Numbered from the stretch's first letter, positions 39,725 through 54,166 are shown. The stretch is DNA of 64,000 nucleotides from Bigelowiella natans CCMP2755 (GCA_000320545.1 ADNK01002094.1:1-64000), one strand, 5' to 3'. A program made the numbers and translations. Notes: generated by a model not told the origin, from the letters alone.

Positions 39725-41505
39725 ATGGGGGTTTGTTCGAGCGACTCTAGTGAAAACATATTCTACAAAAACCAGTTCAGAGATTACAAGGTTCGCCCTG
39801 CTACTTGAACACGAAATAGTACGCACATATGCACTCACAACGATCTGATGTGTTCACTTGCTTATTTACGAGATACGATGAGAATGCTATGAAAATATAT
39901 AAGTATTCATCGAGAAATCCAACAATAAGGAATGTGATGTAAGCATACTCCAAGCATAGTTCCCACCTGCGATGCTACTTTGGTGTGATAAAACTGTGCA
40001 TGTTGATGAACTTTCCACATACAAGGATGATATTAATCGTCCCCATCTAACATTACCCATCTAGGTTTTGTTTACGAAAGAGCAGCTCACGGAAATATTT
40101 GAGAAATACGATCATGACGACAAGTACATAGTAAATTGTAATGCCGATTCATTTCTCAATCTCATTGACAATTTGCATATATGAAGCGAAACGTTGCAGT
40201 TGTCGGAGATAGAAAGTATGATCAAGGTAAATAAATCGTTGTTTCACAATATATTTATTTTAAGAAAGATAGATTGATCATTGTACCTCCCTCCAGGACA
40301 TGTTGGATGCCGTTCTCCACAAGCAGATTAGTTACCTATCAGGGAAGGCCAAGTATGGACCAAAATATATTTTCTATCCATAGATCTTAAGATAAAAACA
40401 AATTGATGGTTGTTTTATGTTTCGCAGTGTCCGTCCCCTTCTCAAAAAGTTTAAGAAGAGGATACAGGATGCGAAGGGCAATTACAAGAGACATGCACTA
40501 CGGCTACAAAATGCGATTGGTTAGCTACGACTACGAATAAACATGATTACATTTGAGAGTATGGATTTGTATTTGGGAAATAGTTAGGCTAGTTTTCTTC
40601 TCTGGCTTTGGAAACCCAATTTAATTGCCGTTGCCTCTTTGTGTCCTCTATGTTGTGTTACCCACTGCAACGTAGATCAAGATCGGGACGGAAAGATTAC
40701 GAAGCCTGAATTTACAGATTTTATTCTGAATCTACAGGTCCAAATTTTTTTTTGTTGTTTAGTCTCTCACTACCAAATAATATCACCAATACATAGCAAT
40801 GACTGTTGCCCCTTAATCAATGTATAGGCAAACAGGAGAGAGGGAATATTAGGCGTAATAGCAGCTGGAGATGACGGATCTCTAATTTTAACCAAAAAAC
40901 AGTATATTAAGAAGAAAAAGAAGGTAGTCAACACATTTTTAATAGAAAGACAATTTTTTTTTTTCATGTGTCAAATCAATATAGTGGTGACCTCTGCTAT
41001 CACTGCTCCTACTTTTTTAAATCCTCTTTTCAAGATTATCCTTCCTTCTGTATGAAACTGATGGTGATTTCAGGAAGGTGACTTGTACACCACAGCAATT
41101 ATTGAGGAACGAAAGGCTGTCAAACAAGCCAGAAGGTCGCGGAACGCTCTCGCAGCAATAGCGAGAGAGGACAAAAACAAACAGCCAAATGCTGCTAAGC
41201 CCACATCCTCAATTCAAAAGGGCAATGATGATGGAGGGACTGCAGAAGCTGCAGTACCCAGCGGCAATGTTGCCGCATCGGCTACTGAAACAGATCTTGA
41301 AGAGAAAGAGGGGAAGGGGGCGACTACAACAATAAACAACACTAGTGCAACAGTTACTACAAATAAGACAGAGATTTTCAATGTTACTGAAAGTCAGCAG
41401 CCGCCTGAAATCGACGAGAAAAAGGAAGAAAAAGGGACAGCTGGTGCGCAAGATTCATCAGATCCAACCACCATGCAAGATGAAGAAGCCAAAAGTAATC
41501 AGTAG
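39725..41505 (+). CDS. EF-hand calcium-binding protein with N-terminal myristoylation/palmitoylation motif
   Basis: MGVCSS start; exons LTEIFEKYDHDD…LQLSEIESMIK and DQDRDGKITKPEF are EF loops; low-complexity tail at 41083-41505. Confidence 0.7.
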
Positions 41506-42129
41506 GGCCCAGGTTAAGAGTATGAAAACGACAGGAGAAAGCAAAGAGAGATATAAACACATGACAACGACGACAACGACGATGTGATGAAGAGGACTAT
41601 TTCAGCAAGCTATAACAGTGTTCCTTACTAATCATTGGTACAGAATGAGTGCGATGAAGCAGGGCTACAATATTGCATTACACAATTAATAATCAATCAA
41701 TTCTATATTGTGTTGGATGGTTTTAAAAAATACACACAATTGAGAGCTTACACAATGTTCTACATTTGCAGAAATAAAAAATTGGTTAATTGATTTTTTT
41801 GAAAAATTATTAGAATTGTAATGTAACATTAGACCCACATTAATTGATAAGAATTTCTATCGGTACAAATGTTCACCTCTACATGGACGATTCATTAGAC
41901 GATGAGTTGCACGACGTGCGCACGTGCATTGGTGCGTGAACGGCGCCGCAATGCGACAGCAGTGTGGGAACTTGCACTCTAATTAGCACTGCTATACATG
42001 CTGAGCATCGAAGCAACGTAACGCATCTGCACATTGCATGCATGCGTTTGGGCGTAGTGGACATTTATTCAGGCAAAGCCATGCTAGCATGTTGAGAGGT
42101 GCACCTCACGTCGCGTCATCTAAATAAAT

Positions 42130-43830
42130 GCGAGCTAGCGAGGCTCACATTCCGCATGGCAGCTCTGTGCACATCACATGCTGCTAGCATGCATCGCTCA
42201 TCGTCAGCTGCGCATCGCACAGCATCACAGCTCACAAATGAAGGCAATGCAAGCTAGCAAAGTTGTGATGGTGATGCTGCAAGATCTAGTGATGGTCTAG
42301 CAATGGCATCACACTCCAGCATCAACTAACTCACCGATCTAGCGATGTCTGCAATTGCCCCTCTGCGCCGCGCTCACGCCCGCAACACGTCGTGCAATGT
42401 TGGAACAATTGACGGAAAAAATGACCTTTCAATGAACACCATTGAACATCAAAAAATGCACCAGTCTAGCAGTGTCAATCCCCATTGACACCCAGGATGC
42501 AGGATCATCTGAACTCACCGGCGCCGTCGCCGGTGTCCCAATTCCTGCCTGGTTTCAACAATTGCGAATGCCAGAACTCCGTCTGAAACATCACCCCATC
42601 AGGCAACACCAACTGACGCTGTCTTGCCCTGCCCTGCCTCGCACCGACACCTCCTCAGGGTCGTTGCCGTCCTTCGTCCTCTTCGTGTCTCTGCCTCCGC
42701 TTCCTTTCAGTCTGCCGCTGTTTTCTGCCAACACGGAGGAATGCTCGCCGTTCCCCAACTGCAATCCCTTCCGTTTGTTTGCCTCTCTGTCACTCTCCTG
42801 ACATGGTCAACACCTATACACCCTGTCGTGTCAACTACCAACTTGCTGCCCCCTGTCGCAGCATCCCTTGTCAACTGCATTGCTGCTGCTTGTCGCAGCA
42901 CCCCTCATTGACCAACTTGCTGCCTCCTGTCGCAGCATCCCCTGCCAGCACTCAACCACCAGGCGCCAATGCGCGCCGCTTCATGTGCAACTGCAATGTC
43001 GGCGCAGCAAGCTAGCAAGCTCGCTTCATGCATGCGCATCAATCTCGCATGCCGTGGTCAGCACTGGAGCATGCACATTTTCCAGTTTTGGCGCTGTGCG
43101 TTGACTTCGATTTGTTTGCATGACCCCGGCAAAACGCAAGGCCATGCTTCAAGTCGATGAAATCAGAGTGAAACTTGCACTCGCACGAGCGCACGCCTTC
43201 ACTTCCAGCGTGTTGAATCGAAGCGCACGCACAATGTGTCACTCTGGCACGCACTGGGCGCACGAAAAGTGGCGTGCGTGCATCTGCGTGTGGTGGATTT
43301 GGCTCAATGAAGTTGGGCATGAGTTCTTCTGCCACCAGACTGTGGAAGCTGGCTTGGTGAACCAAGCATCAACAACACGTGCTAGCGTGGTGCTCTTTGC
43401 CAACACTGCTGGACTGGAACACGTCGCTGGAAAAGAAAATGCGGTTGAACAAAGGGCCACGAGAAAAGCTAATTCGTTCGAGCGTCCGTGTTTTTCGGGG
43501 GTTTTTCCACACAAAACACTTGGACGGATGACCTCAGCAGGCGGGCGCAGAGCCCCAGCGAAGGACAATCGAACCCAGCGACGTGCTTGTCACGTGCGTG
43601 CAGCCCATTGAACGAGTGAACAAATGAATGAAACGGTTCCACAGGAGCAGTTGAAAGCATCACAGGTCACGCTAACTTGTCTGTGACCTTCTCAACCAAC
43701 TGGACCACCAGAGAAAGTTGACAAGCGCGCATTGCTAGATTCTAGAGATTGTGCTGTGAAAAGCACAACGCATGGCATGTCGCTGCGTTTCAGCTGGCAA
43801 GATTCCAGCCTCGGCATCACTAGGATGCAA
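42130..43830. other. TpA-depleted island G with eroded repeat or coding relic
   Basis: About 1.7 kb with roughly 6 non-CTAG TA. Internal duplication accaacttgctgcc.cctgtcgcagcatccc at ~42837 and ~42911. Confidence 0.9.
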
Positions 43831-44154
43831 GATACCCTAATGAGTAAAAAATCATGTTTTTCTTTTAAATTCATCAAAAAAACCACTGCACATTGTGATT
43901 GAAGTGACATTAAGTTCTTCTTCTTGTAACTTATTATTCAATGCACGTCGAACCCTTTTGATTTAATCAATCTATTCATTGCATCAGTGGAGGGCCCAGG
44001 CAAAGCTTTCTACATTTATCTCCTCCAATCACACCTGCGCCAACGAATTTTTTACACAGCGTTTCTTTGTAGGGCGCACGTGCAAGCCACAGGCAGCTAG
44101 AGATAACACTAATATTCACGGGATCATCCACCTTTGCAACCACGCCTCTAAGAA

Positions 44155-45927
44155 ATGAAGAAACCATCAGTTACTTTCACCGCTGCATGTCTAATCTTCT
44201 TTCTAGGGGATGTTGATTCATCCTCTGACCAAGTTAAAGGGAAGGCATTTATTCCCCAAGATCTGAATGTCGACTGGTCAGCTCCAAGACCAAATGTTCT
44301 TATATTTTTAGTGGATGACATGGGATATTCCGACCTTGGTTCCTACGGAAGCACTAATGCATCAACACCAAATATCGATTCATTAATTGACTCAGGGATG
44401 AAATTCAGGCAGTGGGTATCTGCAGCTCCGATCTGCACACCTTCACGTGCGTCATTGCAAACTGGTCGATACCCAATACGAACAGGATGTATAGGAAATG
44501 TTGAGAAATATCGCGTTCTTCCAACACCTAGTAATCCTCATGGACTCGATCCAGCAAAACATGTCAGCATCGCAACTGCTCTAAAAGAGGGTGGTTACAG
44601 AACAGGGATGTCTGGTAAATGGCATCTTGGAATAAATGGAAATAAAGAGTTCCAAGAGCAGGATCGAGCATTTACTCCAAGTGCTCATTCTTATGAATCA
44701 TATGTGGGAGCACCGTACACAAATGCGCCAATGTGTGCCGTGGATGGTGATGGGATATCAAGGAAATACAGGGCTGGGCAGACATTCTGTTTTTTGATGA
44801 AAAATGATACTGTGGTTGAGCAACCTCTTCGACTGGAGAACTTCACCTCCACGATTACAACCCATGCTGTAGATTTCATCAGAAGTCAAAACAAAGATGA
44901 TCCTTGGTTCTTCTTAATGTCGTATTTCCACGTCCATACACCATTGTTCTCCCAACGCAAAAATCGAGGTAGAAGCAGAGGAGGAAGATTTGGTGACAAT
45001 GTTGAAGAACTTGATGATAGTGTAGGCGAAATTATGAAGGAGCTGAGAAGGCAGGGATTCGAGAATAATACTTTGATATTTTTCACAAGTGACAATGGAC
45101 CATATCAAGAGGAAGGATGGGAGAATAGTGGCAGAACAAATATCTATGATGACGTTACGGGGGAAAGAGTTGGACGGTTGCGTGGTGGTAAAGGACAAGT
45201 ATTTGAAGGGGGAATTCGGATGCCAGGAGCTGTGGTGTGGCCAGGTTTTGTAGCAGAGGGATCACAATCAGACACGATGGTATCAACGATGGATATCTTT
45301 CCAACAGCACTTGCGGCAGCAGGTGTGAGTCTTGGGAAGGAATATGTGGTTGATGGTAAGGATATGGGTCCAGTCATTCGAGGAGAGACGAACAAAACAC
45401 AACACGATGTCATGCTTCATTATTGTGGATTCAATATCCTCGCAGCACGTGTGGATGGTAGGTTTAAGTTGTTTTGGAAAATCCAAAAATGGTATACAAA
45501 TGACCCCCGAAACTCCTCAATATGTCTAGAATGCTGCAATGGGATCAATCCTGCATCTTTGCTCGTGGCACCTGCAACCCAACTTTGTGGATGTGCTCAG
45601 AAAGACTTAATTTCACTTCAAACGCCAGTTGTATATGACATGTTACTTGATCCGTTCGAATCCAAGCCATTAACTGAAGATACATGGCCTCAAGATGCTG
45701 GCTTGACTTTGCAAGATGTTATCCGTCTTGCCCAATCAAAGAAAGAACGCATGGAGAAAGAAGTTCATCCGAAGCCTGACAGTCAAGGTGCTGGAACGTG
45801 CACTTCTGGGCTACCAGCTGCAGCAAGACAGCCTTGTTGTGCAGGTTGCAAACAACTCGTTCCCTTTTTTGGATTCTGTCGTTACGCAGGAGGACTTGGG
45901 AAGAAGTGTGATTGCGTTGATGAATGA
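44155..45927 (+). CDS. Secreted arylsulfatase (formylglycine type, steroid-sulfatase/ARS-like), intronless
   Basis: Signal peptide; PNVLIFLVDDMG, CTPSRASLQTGRYP, GKWHLG, HVHTP, FTSDNG, GGKG…EGGIRMP; Cys-rich C-terminus; single 590-aa ORF. Confidence 0.95.
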   Translation: MKKPSVTFTAACLIFFLGDVDSSSDQVKGKAFIPQDLNVDWSAPRPNVLIFLVDDMGYSDLGSYGSTNASTPNIDSLIDSGMKFRQWVSAAPICTPSRASLQTGRYPIRTGCIGNVEKYRVLPTPSNPHGLDPAKHVSIATALKEGGYRTGMSGKWHLGINGNKEFQEQDRAFTPSAHSYESYVGAPYTNAPMCAVDGDGISRKYRAGQTFCFLMKNDTVVEQPLRLENFTSTITTHAVDFIRSQNKDDPWFFLMSYFHVHTPLFSQRKNRGRSRGGRFGDNVEELDDSVGEIMKELRRQGFENNTLIFFTSDNGPYQEEGWENSGRTNIYDDVTGERVGRLRGGKGQVFEGGIRMPGAVVWPGFVAEGSQSDTMVSTMDIFPTALAAAGVSLGKEYVVDGKDMGPVIRGETNKTQHDVMLHYCGFNILAARVDGRFKLFWKIQKWYTNDPRNSSICLECCNGINPASLLVAPATQLCGCAQKDLISLQTPVVYDMLLDPFESKPLTEDTWPQDAGLTLQDVIRLAQSKKERMEKEVHPKPDSQGAGTCTSGLPAAARQPCCAGCKQLVPFFGFCRYAGGLGKKCDCVDE

Positions 45928-45979
45928 AAGAGAACCAAGGTTGCATCATCAAACTATCTCAAGTTTATCATGAAAGCAT

Positions 45980-46540
45980 ACATCAACGTGTTGTGCGCGT
46001 ACGTCTGCAAAGTGGTATGTTTGCACACCAAAGCACGCCCATATTGTTAGATAATTGTGCTCGCGCCATATCATATGCATTACTGATGTGCATCCGAGCT
46101 AACAGCAGAGAGCAGCTTGTGCCAAGTGATGAACAAAATGACATGCTAGCATGGTTATCGTTGCACGCTAGATTGCACATAGTGTTGGATGAATGTTGTT
46201 ATCCTTGGAATAAACAATATTATTGAACAACCACATGCATACGTGATGATGCCGATATCTGCTAGCTAGCTAGAGCGCGCGAAAATGTGATCATGCGCTA
46301 TGACTGTCAGTGCTAAAGTAGCGTAATCTAGTAATATTTTGCTTAGTTAGGCCGTGCATAGATCGATAATAGATATAATGTGTGAACGGTCTAGTGTTCT
46401 ACCTGCACATGGCAGTGCCCACGCACCCTAGCTGCTAGCAGCGATCCCTCAATTGGTAAGCTTAAGTTTTTAGATGTAGCCTTACATGGATTTAGACACT
46501 GCACATTGCACTTGCGACAGCATGTGTGCACAATGTGCGA
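45980..46540. other. Weak TpA-depleted, CTAG-rich island
   Basis: gctagctagctag and catg/tgca enrichment; depletion is only partial; lies between convergent 3' ends. Confidence 0.45.
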
Positions 46541-46845
46541 TGCAATAATACGATTATTACGCAACATGAAGGACTTACATTACCCAATAATCTAATAATC
46601 AACGATTTAGCCAGTCAAGTGTTGCGTGTATATGCAATTACGATTGATATTCCGCAACACCAAAAACATTAGAAATCATTTTGACGATGTTTGTTGAATA
46701 TAAGATGCTATCGGATTACATTGCAACTGCCTTTAAATACCTAATGCATCGTAGTCATAAATGAGCTGGAAATGAAGGAAAACAAGAGCTGTATATCTCA
46801 ATAAGATGCTACTACTATCATTCTCATATTCTTAGTCCTCATATC

Positions 46846-47300
46846 TTACTGGATTAAGAGAGTGGTGAAAAAGACGCCAACCTGTTATTATAGGTTATCA
46901 TACACATCACCCTCGTTTATTTAACATATTATCATGCACAAGGAATAGCTTATCATAGGCATCACCATCCTCCATTTAGCATATTATTTTGCAAAGGACG
47001 GGGCGTAACCCAGAAGGACTCTAATGTATAATTGTGCTATTTATATAATATATATAATATATATATACCAGCACCAGCCATAGAGGGTAGGCAATTCCTA
47101 TACCTGCAGTAGTGGGGATAGACGAAGAAGATAGAAGAGTGCAAAATAGTAGTAGTAGTATAAGAAGTAGTGGTAGTAGTAAACAATACGTAAGAAAAAA
47201 CAAACAGGCACCATTAAGTTGTCAATGAAATACTAGTGATAACAGGTAGCATAATATTCTTCGTTCTTTGTTCCTTTGCTACTGCTACTTCTACTACAAC

Positions 47301-47335
<35 letters not shown>

Positions 47336-47406
47336 GTGCTACCTGTCCGTATCTCAGACCATACAGTTGTTAACGCTACTGCGCTTGGTCTTACAGCGAC
47401 CTGCAA

Positions 47407-47447
<41 letters not shown>

Positions 47448-47536
47448 TTCGTTAAAATGACAACGTGGAAAAAAGAGCTACCAGCATGCACATCATAGCC
47501 CGACAGTGTACTATAACTACTAATACGATAACATCC

Positions 47537-47569
<33 letters not shown>

Positions 47570-47857
47570 TATCTTTATCTTTATCACCATCATCACCGAC
47601 ACACCGGTTTATCGTGGTATCTTTTGTTGTAGAGCTCAACCCAGAGTAGCCAGCCGGAAGGAGGTGTTGATCGGGATGATGATGATGATGATGATGACGA
47701 TGATGATGATGATGACGATGATGATGATGATGACGTTGTTGTTGCTGCTGATGATTATCATGAAATAATAAGATCACATCGAGCCGTTATCGTTGGAACT
47801 TCTATGTTTGGAATGGCTAGTAGTAGTGGTGAGAATATGACCATTATCACCATAACT

Positions 47858-47888
<31 letters not shown>

Positions 47889-48761
47889 TCATCATCATAA
47901 TCTACCCTTTCCTCGGCCAAATACAGTGGGTGGAAGGGGTGCTCCTGTGATGGATAACGGTATTATTAATACGTTAATAACATCATATATCAGTCAATAT
48001 CATCATCATCATCATTATCATCATCATCCTCATCGCCTAACACCTACTTCCTACCTAGACAGTCCACGTTGATTCTTGAAGGACCTGGAATAACAAGATG
48101 ATTACTCTTCATCAATCCATATTATGATGATAAAAACACCAATCAATGGCCAGGCAATATCTGGTCGTCGTCACATAATCACACTTCAATTAGCTACTTA
48201 CTACTTTCAAATTGCTCTACATACAATTGGTGATTGATGATGATGCTAACGATAAACGGTGAAATATTGTCAGAATTCGGTAAGCAGCCAACCTCCGTAT
48301 GTCGCTCTTTTCACAACACCTCCTCGATTGCCATCGTAGCTGTAATATTGATCAACGATTATTTATGGATATGATATATTCTCTCCTCCTCCTCCTCCTC
48401 CTCCTCCTCCTCCTCCTCCTCCTTCTCTCATCTCCCTTCCTTTTCACACAGCAGTCGTCTACAACAACACATTTAATTAATTACGATGAACTACCATCGC
48501 CATTAACTCGAAACTGCATCATCATCATCATCGTCATGTAGTATATTATGAATTAGAATAATATCATATTAACCAAAATCTAATTGAGTGTGTTGTATCA
48601 TCCTTTGCAGAAATAGGTGGTGGACAACTACTACATACATACATGTGGAGATTCGTGTATGTATCCATATGTACTATCGTCTTGTTTTATCTTCCCTTAC
48701 TACGACAGACAAAGAGTAGAATAGCCATAATTTGACCACATCCAAGACATTCATCATCAAA

Positions 48762-48793
<32 letters not shown>

Positions 48794-48998
48794 ATAGTAG
48801 TAGCTAGATGCTCATCTTTTACCCGTTGTTGTTATCATCATACATACTGCTACTACTACTACCCGATTCTTTGGTAGTAAATTGCCTTGATTTCGTAAGT
48901 CTCTCTAGCAATCAGATTCAAGTCCAAAAAGGAGCGACCCACAACCTGAGGATAGTTAGGATAGTAACAACCTCTCTCTCTCCCTCTAACTCTCTCTT

Positions 48999-49039
<41 letters not shown>

Positions 49040-49516
49040 ATTGACAAGAATGATTCTTTGTTGTTGTTGTAGTTGTTGTTCTTCTTCTTCTCTCCTTCTA
49101 CAAACCTTTTCGGTTGTGAGGATATTAACAACCACACCACCGCCAATTTTAGTATTTTCTGGTACTAGTAGTACTACTACTAGTAGTGTCATCATCATCA
49201 TTATTATATTTAGTCCTCTCTTTCTTGACACATATATTAAGATATGTACCACAAGATCTCCCACACGTAACTTTTCAACTCCTATCATCTTTCTTGTGCC
49301 CTCCCCCTCTTCCTCGTCCTCTCCCTCCTCTTGATGCTGATTATTGATTCTTCTTTCTCTTCTTGTCCTTCCTCCTTCACTTTGTTGTTGTTCTTTCATG
49401 GGATAATGATGATGTTGTAAGAAGGAATAACAAAAGAAGAGGATGAGGAGGAAAAATGAATAGTTTGATAGAGTCGTGAAACGGTGCATGGAAGTAATCT
49501 TAATTTGTTGTGGAGC

Positions 49517-49567
<51 letters not shown>

Positions 49568-49934
49568 GTTTGTGTGTGTGTGCGCGCGCGTGTGTGTGTG
49601 TTTATCTATCTTATCTATCTATTCTGAGCAAACAACAGATAGTGGTCACGACAGTGATAGACTTTCTAACCAAACAATATATAGTGATCACGACAGTGAT
49701 AGACTGGTAGTCAGCACCAACTAGGGCAGACAACTAATACTCCTTTCTTTTTCTTCTTTTTCTTCTTCTTCAGACTGATATATTCCTACTCTTGGGCAAT
49801 GACGATTGTGACGGTTGAGGGAAATCCTTATCCGTTAATGGCAGTGGTTTTGATGATGGTGGTGGTGATGAAGAAGAAGATGATGATGATGGTGGGACCA
49901 GGAAAGACCCCAGCGACTTCAAAGAATCTTGCAT

Positions 49935-49970
<36 letters not shown>

Positions 49971-50621
49971 ATGCTGATGGTTCCCATGTCGTGTCGCTCT
50001 GGCAGCAGTAGCTGTAGTAGTAGTAGTAGTAGTGGTAGTAGTAGAAGCTCCTAATGGTAAAACACAATAATGGGCACGATTACACTTGGTCATGACGATT
50101 AAGAAGTAGTTGATGATTGGACGATAATATCAATGACAATGAGCACGATTATAATATTGATTATGCTAATTATTGGCCAAATAACTTAATGATGTGTTTC
50201 GGTAAAACAACGCAGACAGCAGCATTGTCCTTTTAGATATGAGCTTTATTCAGCACAATATAAGCTCTAGCATGAAATATTGGAAAAGAGCAGGCTGACA
50301 AATTAAATTTATTATGTTAGAAGCAGGGAGGGCTGAATCCATCATAGCTACTACTACTGATATATATCATATTAACACCTTCTTTCTGGGCAACACTGTA
50401 TTTAAGTAGGACAGGACGTATTCGTCGGAAATTGCCGTCAATATCACTCGTCTGATGAAAGGAGGGTGGAGAGGGGGACCAAGGAGGACGATGACAAACT
50501 CGTTAATAAACCCCGTAATAATACTCTCTCCCTCCCTCCTACCGTTTCCTAATTTACGAGAGTAGTGGTAGTATATTTCATTTTATCACATCGTATTCCT
50601 ACTACTAAGGTGAGAGTAGTA

Positions 50622-50652
<31 letters not shown>

Positions 50653-51146
50653 ATTTCATGTTATCACTTACTATTCCTAGTACTAGCCACCTTAGTAGGG
50701 TGCCGCACCTGCATCCATCTGCTCCTTCTCAGTGGATCAGCAGTGGAGGACATTCTCGCTCCTACTATTTGTGACGACGACAGCCTTCCGCTACACAACA
50801 AACAAATAATAGGCATTCCTGTGACTTGAAATCCCCCTTAGGTTATTATTTTCGGTGAAGAAGAGTCATGTGAGAGTGTTCCTTTCCTCCCCAAACAGAA
50901 GTCAGTGAATGAATGATTTCCAAACAGAAGTCAGTGAATGAATGATTTCTTAATCATTTGCATTGCTCATCTATAGACTTCGAGAGAACGAAATGTGGAT
51001 GATGAACAAACATCAATCTCATACTTGTGCTGTGACAGGCACTTAGGAACAGCGGCAGAGATATAAGGTGGTACAGCGAGGAGGAGTAAGACGATAATCG
51101 GATGGAGAAGGGAGGTACACCGCACATCCCCATCATCCGCTATCAT
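46846..51146 (-). CDS. Hypothetical multi-exon protein with signal peptide and C-terminal hydrophobic segments (model uncertain)
   Basis: MIADDGDVRCTSLLHPIIVLLLLAVPPYISAA; exons such as VVGRSFLDLNLIARETYEIKAIYYQ, PSGWLLWVELYNKRYHDKP|VAVRPSAVALTTVWSEIRT|GIGIAYPLWLVL lie between microsatellite-rich introns. Confidence 0.45.
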
Positions 51147-51660
51147 GGCCTCTGCTGGCTGGTTGTCGTGGTTGTGCTTTCTTGTTGTAGTCTGTCTACT
51201 AGTAGGTGCGAGTGATGGTGATGATGATGGTGATGATCATTGTTCTTGTCCTCTCCTCCCTCCACTCTCCTCTCGCTCCTTGGAGTACTCGTATCGATCT
51301 ACTATATTTTCAAAATAAGAAGAAAAAAAAAAGAAATATCTGTTGTCGCTTACGAATAATGCCATGCATTCTTTACATGGCAACACAAGATTACTGAGCA
51401 AAACTGATTATTTTGATCTGAGACTGATGTCTCTCATAGAAAAATGGTCTGTGTTTTGGTAATAAAAGTTCCAAAAAAAAATAGGTTTTAAGTCCCAAAA
51501 TTTTGAAATAATTTATACATCAATTCAAATAAGCTGCTGCCTGCCTCCCCAATGCAGCCCATCTTCTACTTCATGGGGAGAAATAGAAGACGATAGGGAG
51601 AACACGAACAAGAACGATAGGGAATAGAACTACAAGGAATCATATTTTTACTACTAGGGA

Positions 51661-51926
51661 ATGTTGACAACGAGCCCAAGAAGAGCACTACTTTCAGTCT
51701 TGCTCCTTACTGCAAATTTAATAATTCTGCTGCCATGTTCTTGTGATGGAACTTCTGTTGGCGTCTCTGGTTGTTTCCTTCTTCTTTCTAATTATAATAG
51801 CAACCTAGAGAAAGAAATATATGACAGACTGATAACTATCATTCAATATATTTAGTGACCGAACCTGGCGATCTGTGGAACGTGACACAGAAGCTACAAG
51901 AACATGTCTCTCTCTTTCCCCCCCCT

Positions 51927-52004
<78 letters not shown>

Positions 52005-54135
52005 TATGGGGAGGATGAGGTAGAGCGGGGAAGAGGAGGAAGTGAAGACTGGAATAGTAACAATATTTCTCATTATTATTTAAAAGAGCAAGCACTGTGC
52101 AATAGAACATCGCTCCTTAGGAACATACAAACTAATCACTGTATCCATTCATCTCACAACAAAAGTCGGAAGCGGGATACTTGAACCCGAATTTCAATGC
52201 TAGCACGCATCTATCAACTGCAAGCTCGGGTGAGAGTATAAGTAGCAGTTTTGATTTAGGCAATGCAACCATAATTGTTAATTAGCTTTTTCAAGTATAA
52301 TGTTGGAGTACGAGAAATATACTATTTTCGTTATTGAAATATAAGGTGACGCTGCTTGGTCTGGGCTATAACTACATCTGTTTTTTTTAATGGGCTATAA
52401 CTACATCTGTTTTTTTAAAATCTAATAATTGACATCATAAATATTTTATTATCAGAAGAACAGCTTGCTCCGATATACGACGGCGAGTACATGGACACCG
52501 TAAATAGAAGCCTAGAGGTGATTAGATATGGTGGTGGTGGTGGTTTTACATGCATATGATGGTGTTATGATACGTCATTCCACCACAGCAGCAGCAGCAG
52601 AAGAAGCAGCACAACATCGACATCATCATCATCAGCATCATCTATGAGTATGAGCGGTAGGTAGCAGCTGTACAATTTACTAAAAACGTCACGTGCAGAA
52701 ATGCAAACAAAAGCGAGCATAGCATTAGTTTATTGCTAATATTGCAATGAAGATGATAATGATGATAATGATGACGATTATATCTCATATTGCCTGTTAC
52801 TGTATTTTGATTTGCAGTCTCGAAGATATATGGATGGTGGAGTAGAAACATGGCAAGATCGTCGTGATTTAGGAGATAAGAAGGTGACCATTAAAATTAG
52901 TAGTGGTAGTAGTGCCGATGTTATTGCTATTACGTGTATGCTCGTATTGATGTGATGATAGAGACCATTTGGAAAGAAACAGGATACTGTCAATAGCTTT
53001 TGAGCGAACATGTCTTCTTCCTCTTCTGTTTATTTTTCTTTTTCTTCTCTCTTATCTCCATGACACAAACAAGATATTCAGCGAGAGTGAGGGAAGGAAA
53101 GATCCATGGGTTAATGGCGGTATAGACTTTCTCACACCTACTAAAGGTACTACTAGTTGTAGTATATGAGTGCAGTGAGCGGAGAATACATTAACATGGG
53201 ATAAGAAGGAGGAGGAGAAGGAGGAATTGGTGCTTATATAATGAGATGATGACGAAGAAGAGAAGCAAAACTACTTTACATTTTCCGTTATTATTTTCTC
53301 TTCAATTTATATTTTTATCATTAGATTCTACATCTTCATTAATCATCAATCTTCTTCTTCTTCTTCTTCTTCTTCTTCCTTCCTCTTTGTTAGACCCTTA
53401 CATGCCCCTAGAAACAAAGCAAACAAAACCTAAGAAGAAAAAATCATCATCATCATCGTCTTCTTCAAAGAGTAAGAAGAAGTTTTTAATAGAGTTGAGT
53501 TCATTATCAACCCAAAAGGCAGCAGTAGCTACAAGAGAAGGAGGAGGAGCTGCAGTCTCAACGATGATGTCATCATCTGCTGCTAGCAATATAGAGGAAA
53601 GAATGGTAAGAAAGAGGACTGACACCCCTCTCAATACGCAGTTGAACTTGTTACCTTGGAGAACAAGGTTGGGGATAGTCGTAGATCGATCTTACCATGA
53701 TCTCTTGATTGTGTGATGACATTGTTTGATTGAATATATGAGATATGTAGATGATGATACTACGCTTGTAAATAGAATAGAGCTTTGTTGTTGATTGTCA
53801 TTATAATTATTCTTTATTCATATCCAGTAAAAAGGAGTGACGATTAGTACACAAACTTTATACCTTACATAAAAAGTTAAAAAATATGGTGATGTGCTCA
53901 GGAAAAGGAGTGGCGTGAAGAATCATTATCATCATCAACATCATCATCTCGATAAAGAAATGGCGTCTACGTCAACCTCAGGATCAAAGCCGAAAAAGAC
54001 ATCCTCATCATCATCCAAAAAAAAGTCCTCGTCTTCAAATAAAAAATCTTCATCGTCAAAGGTAATATATAAATAATTGCGAGTGATAGATTTATCATCC
54101 ATACTTTCACATACACACAAATTTGCCACTGCGAC

Positions 54136-54166
<31 letters not shown>

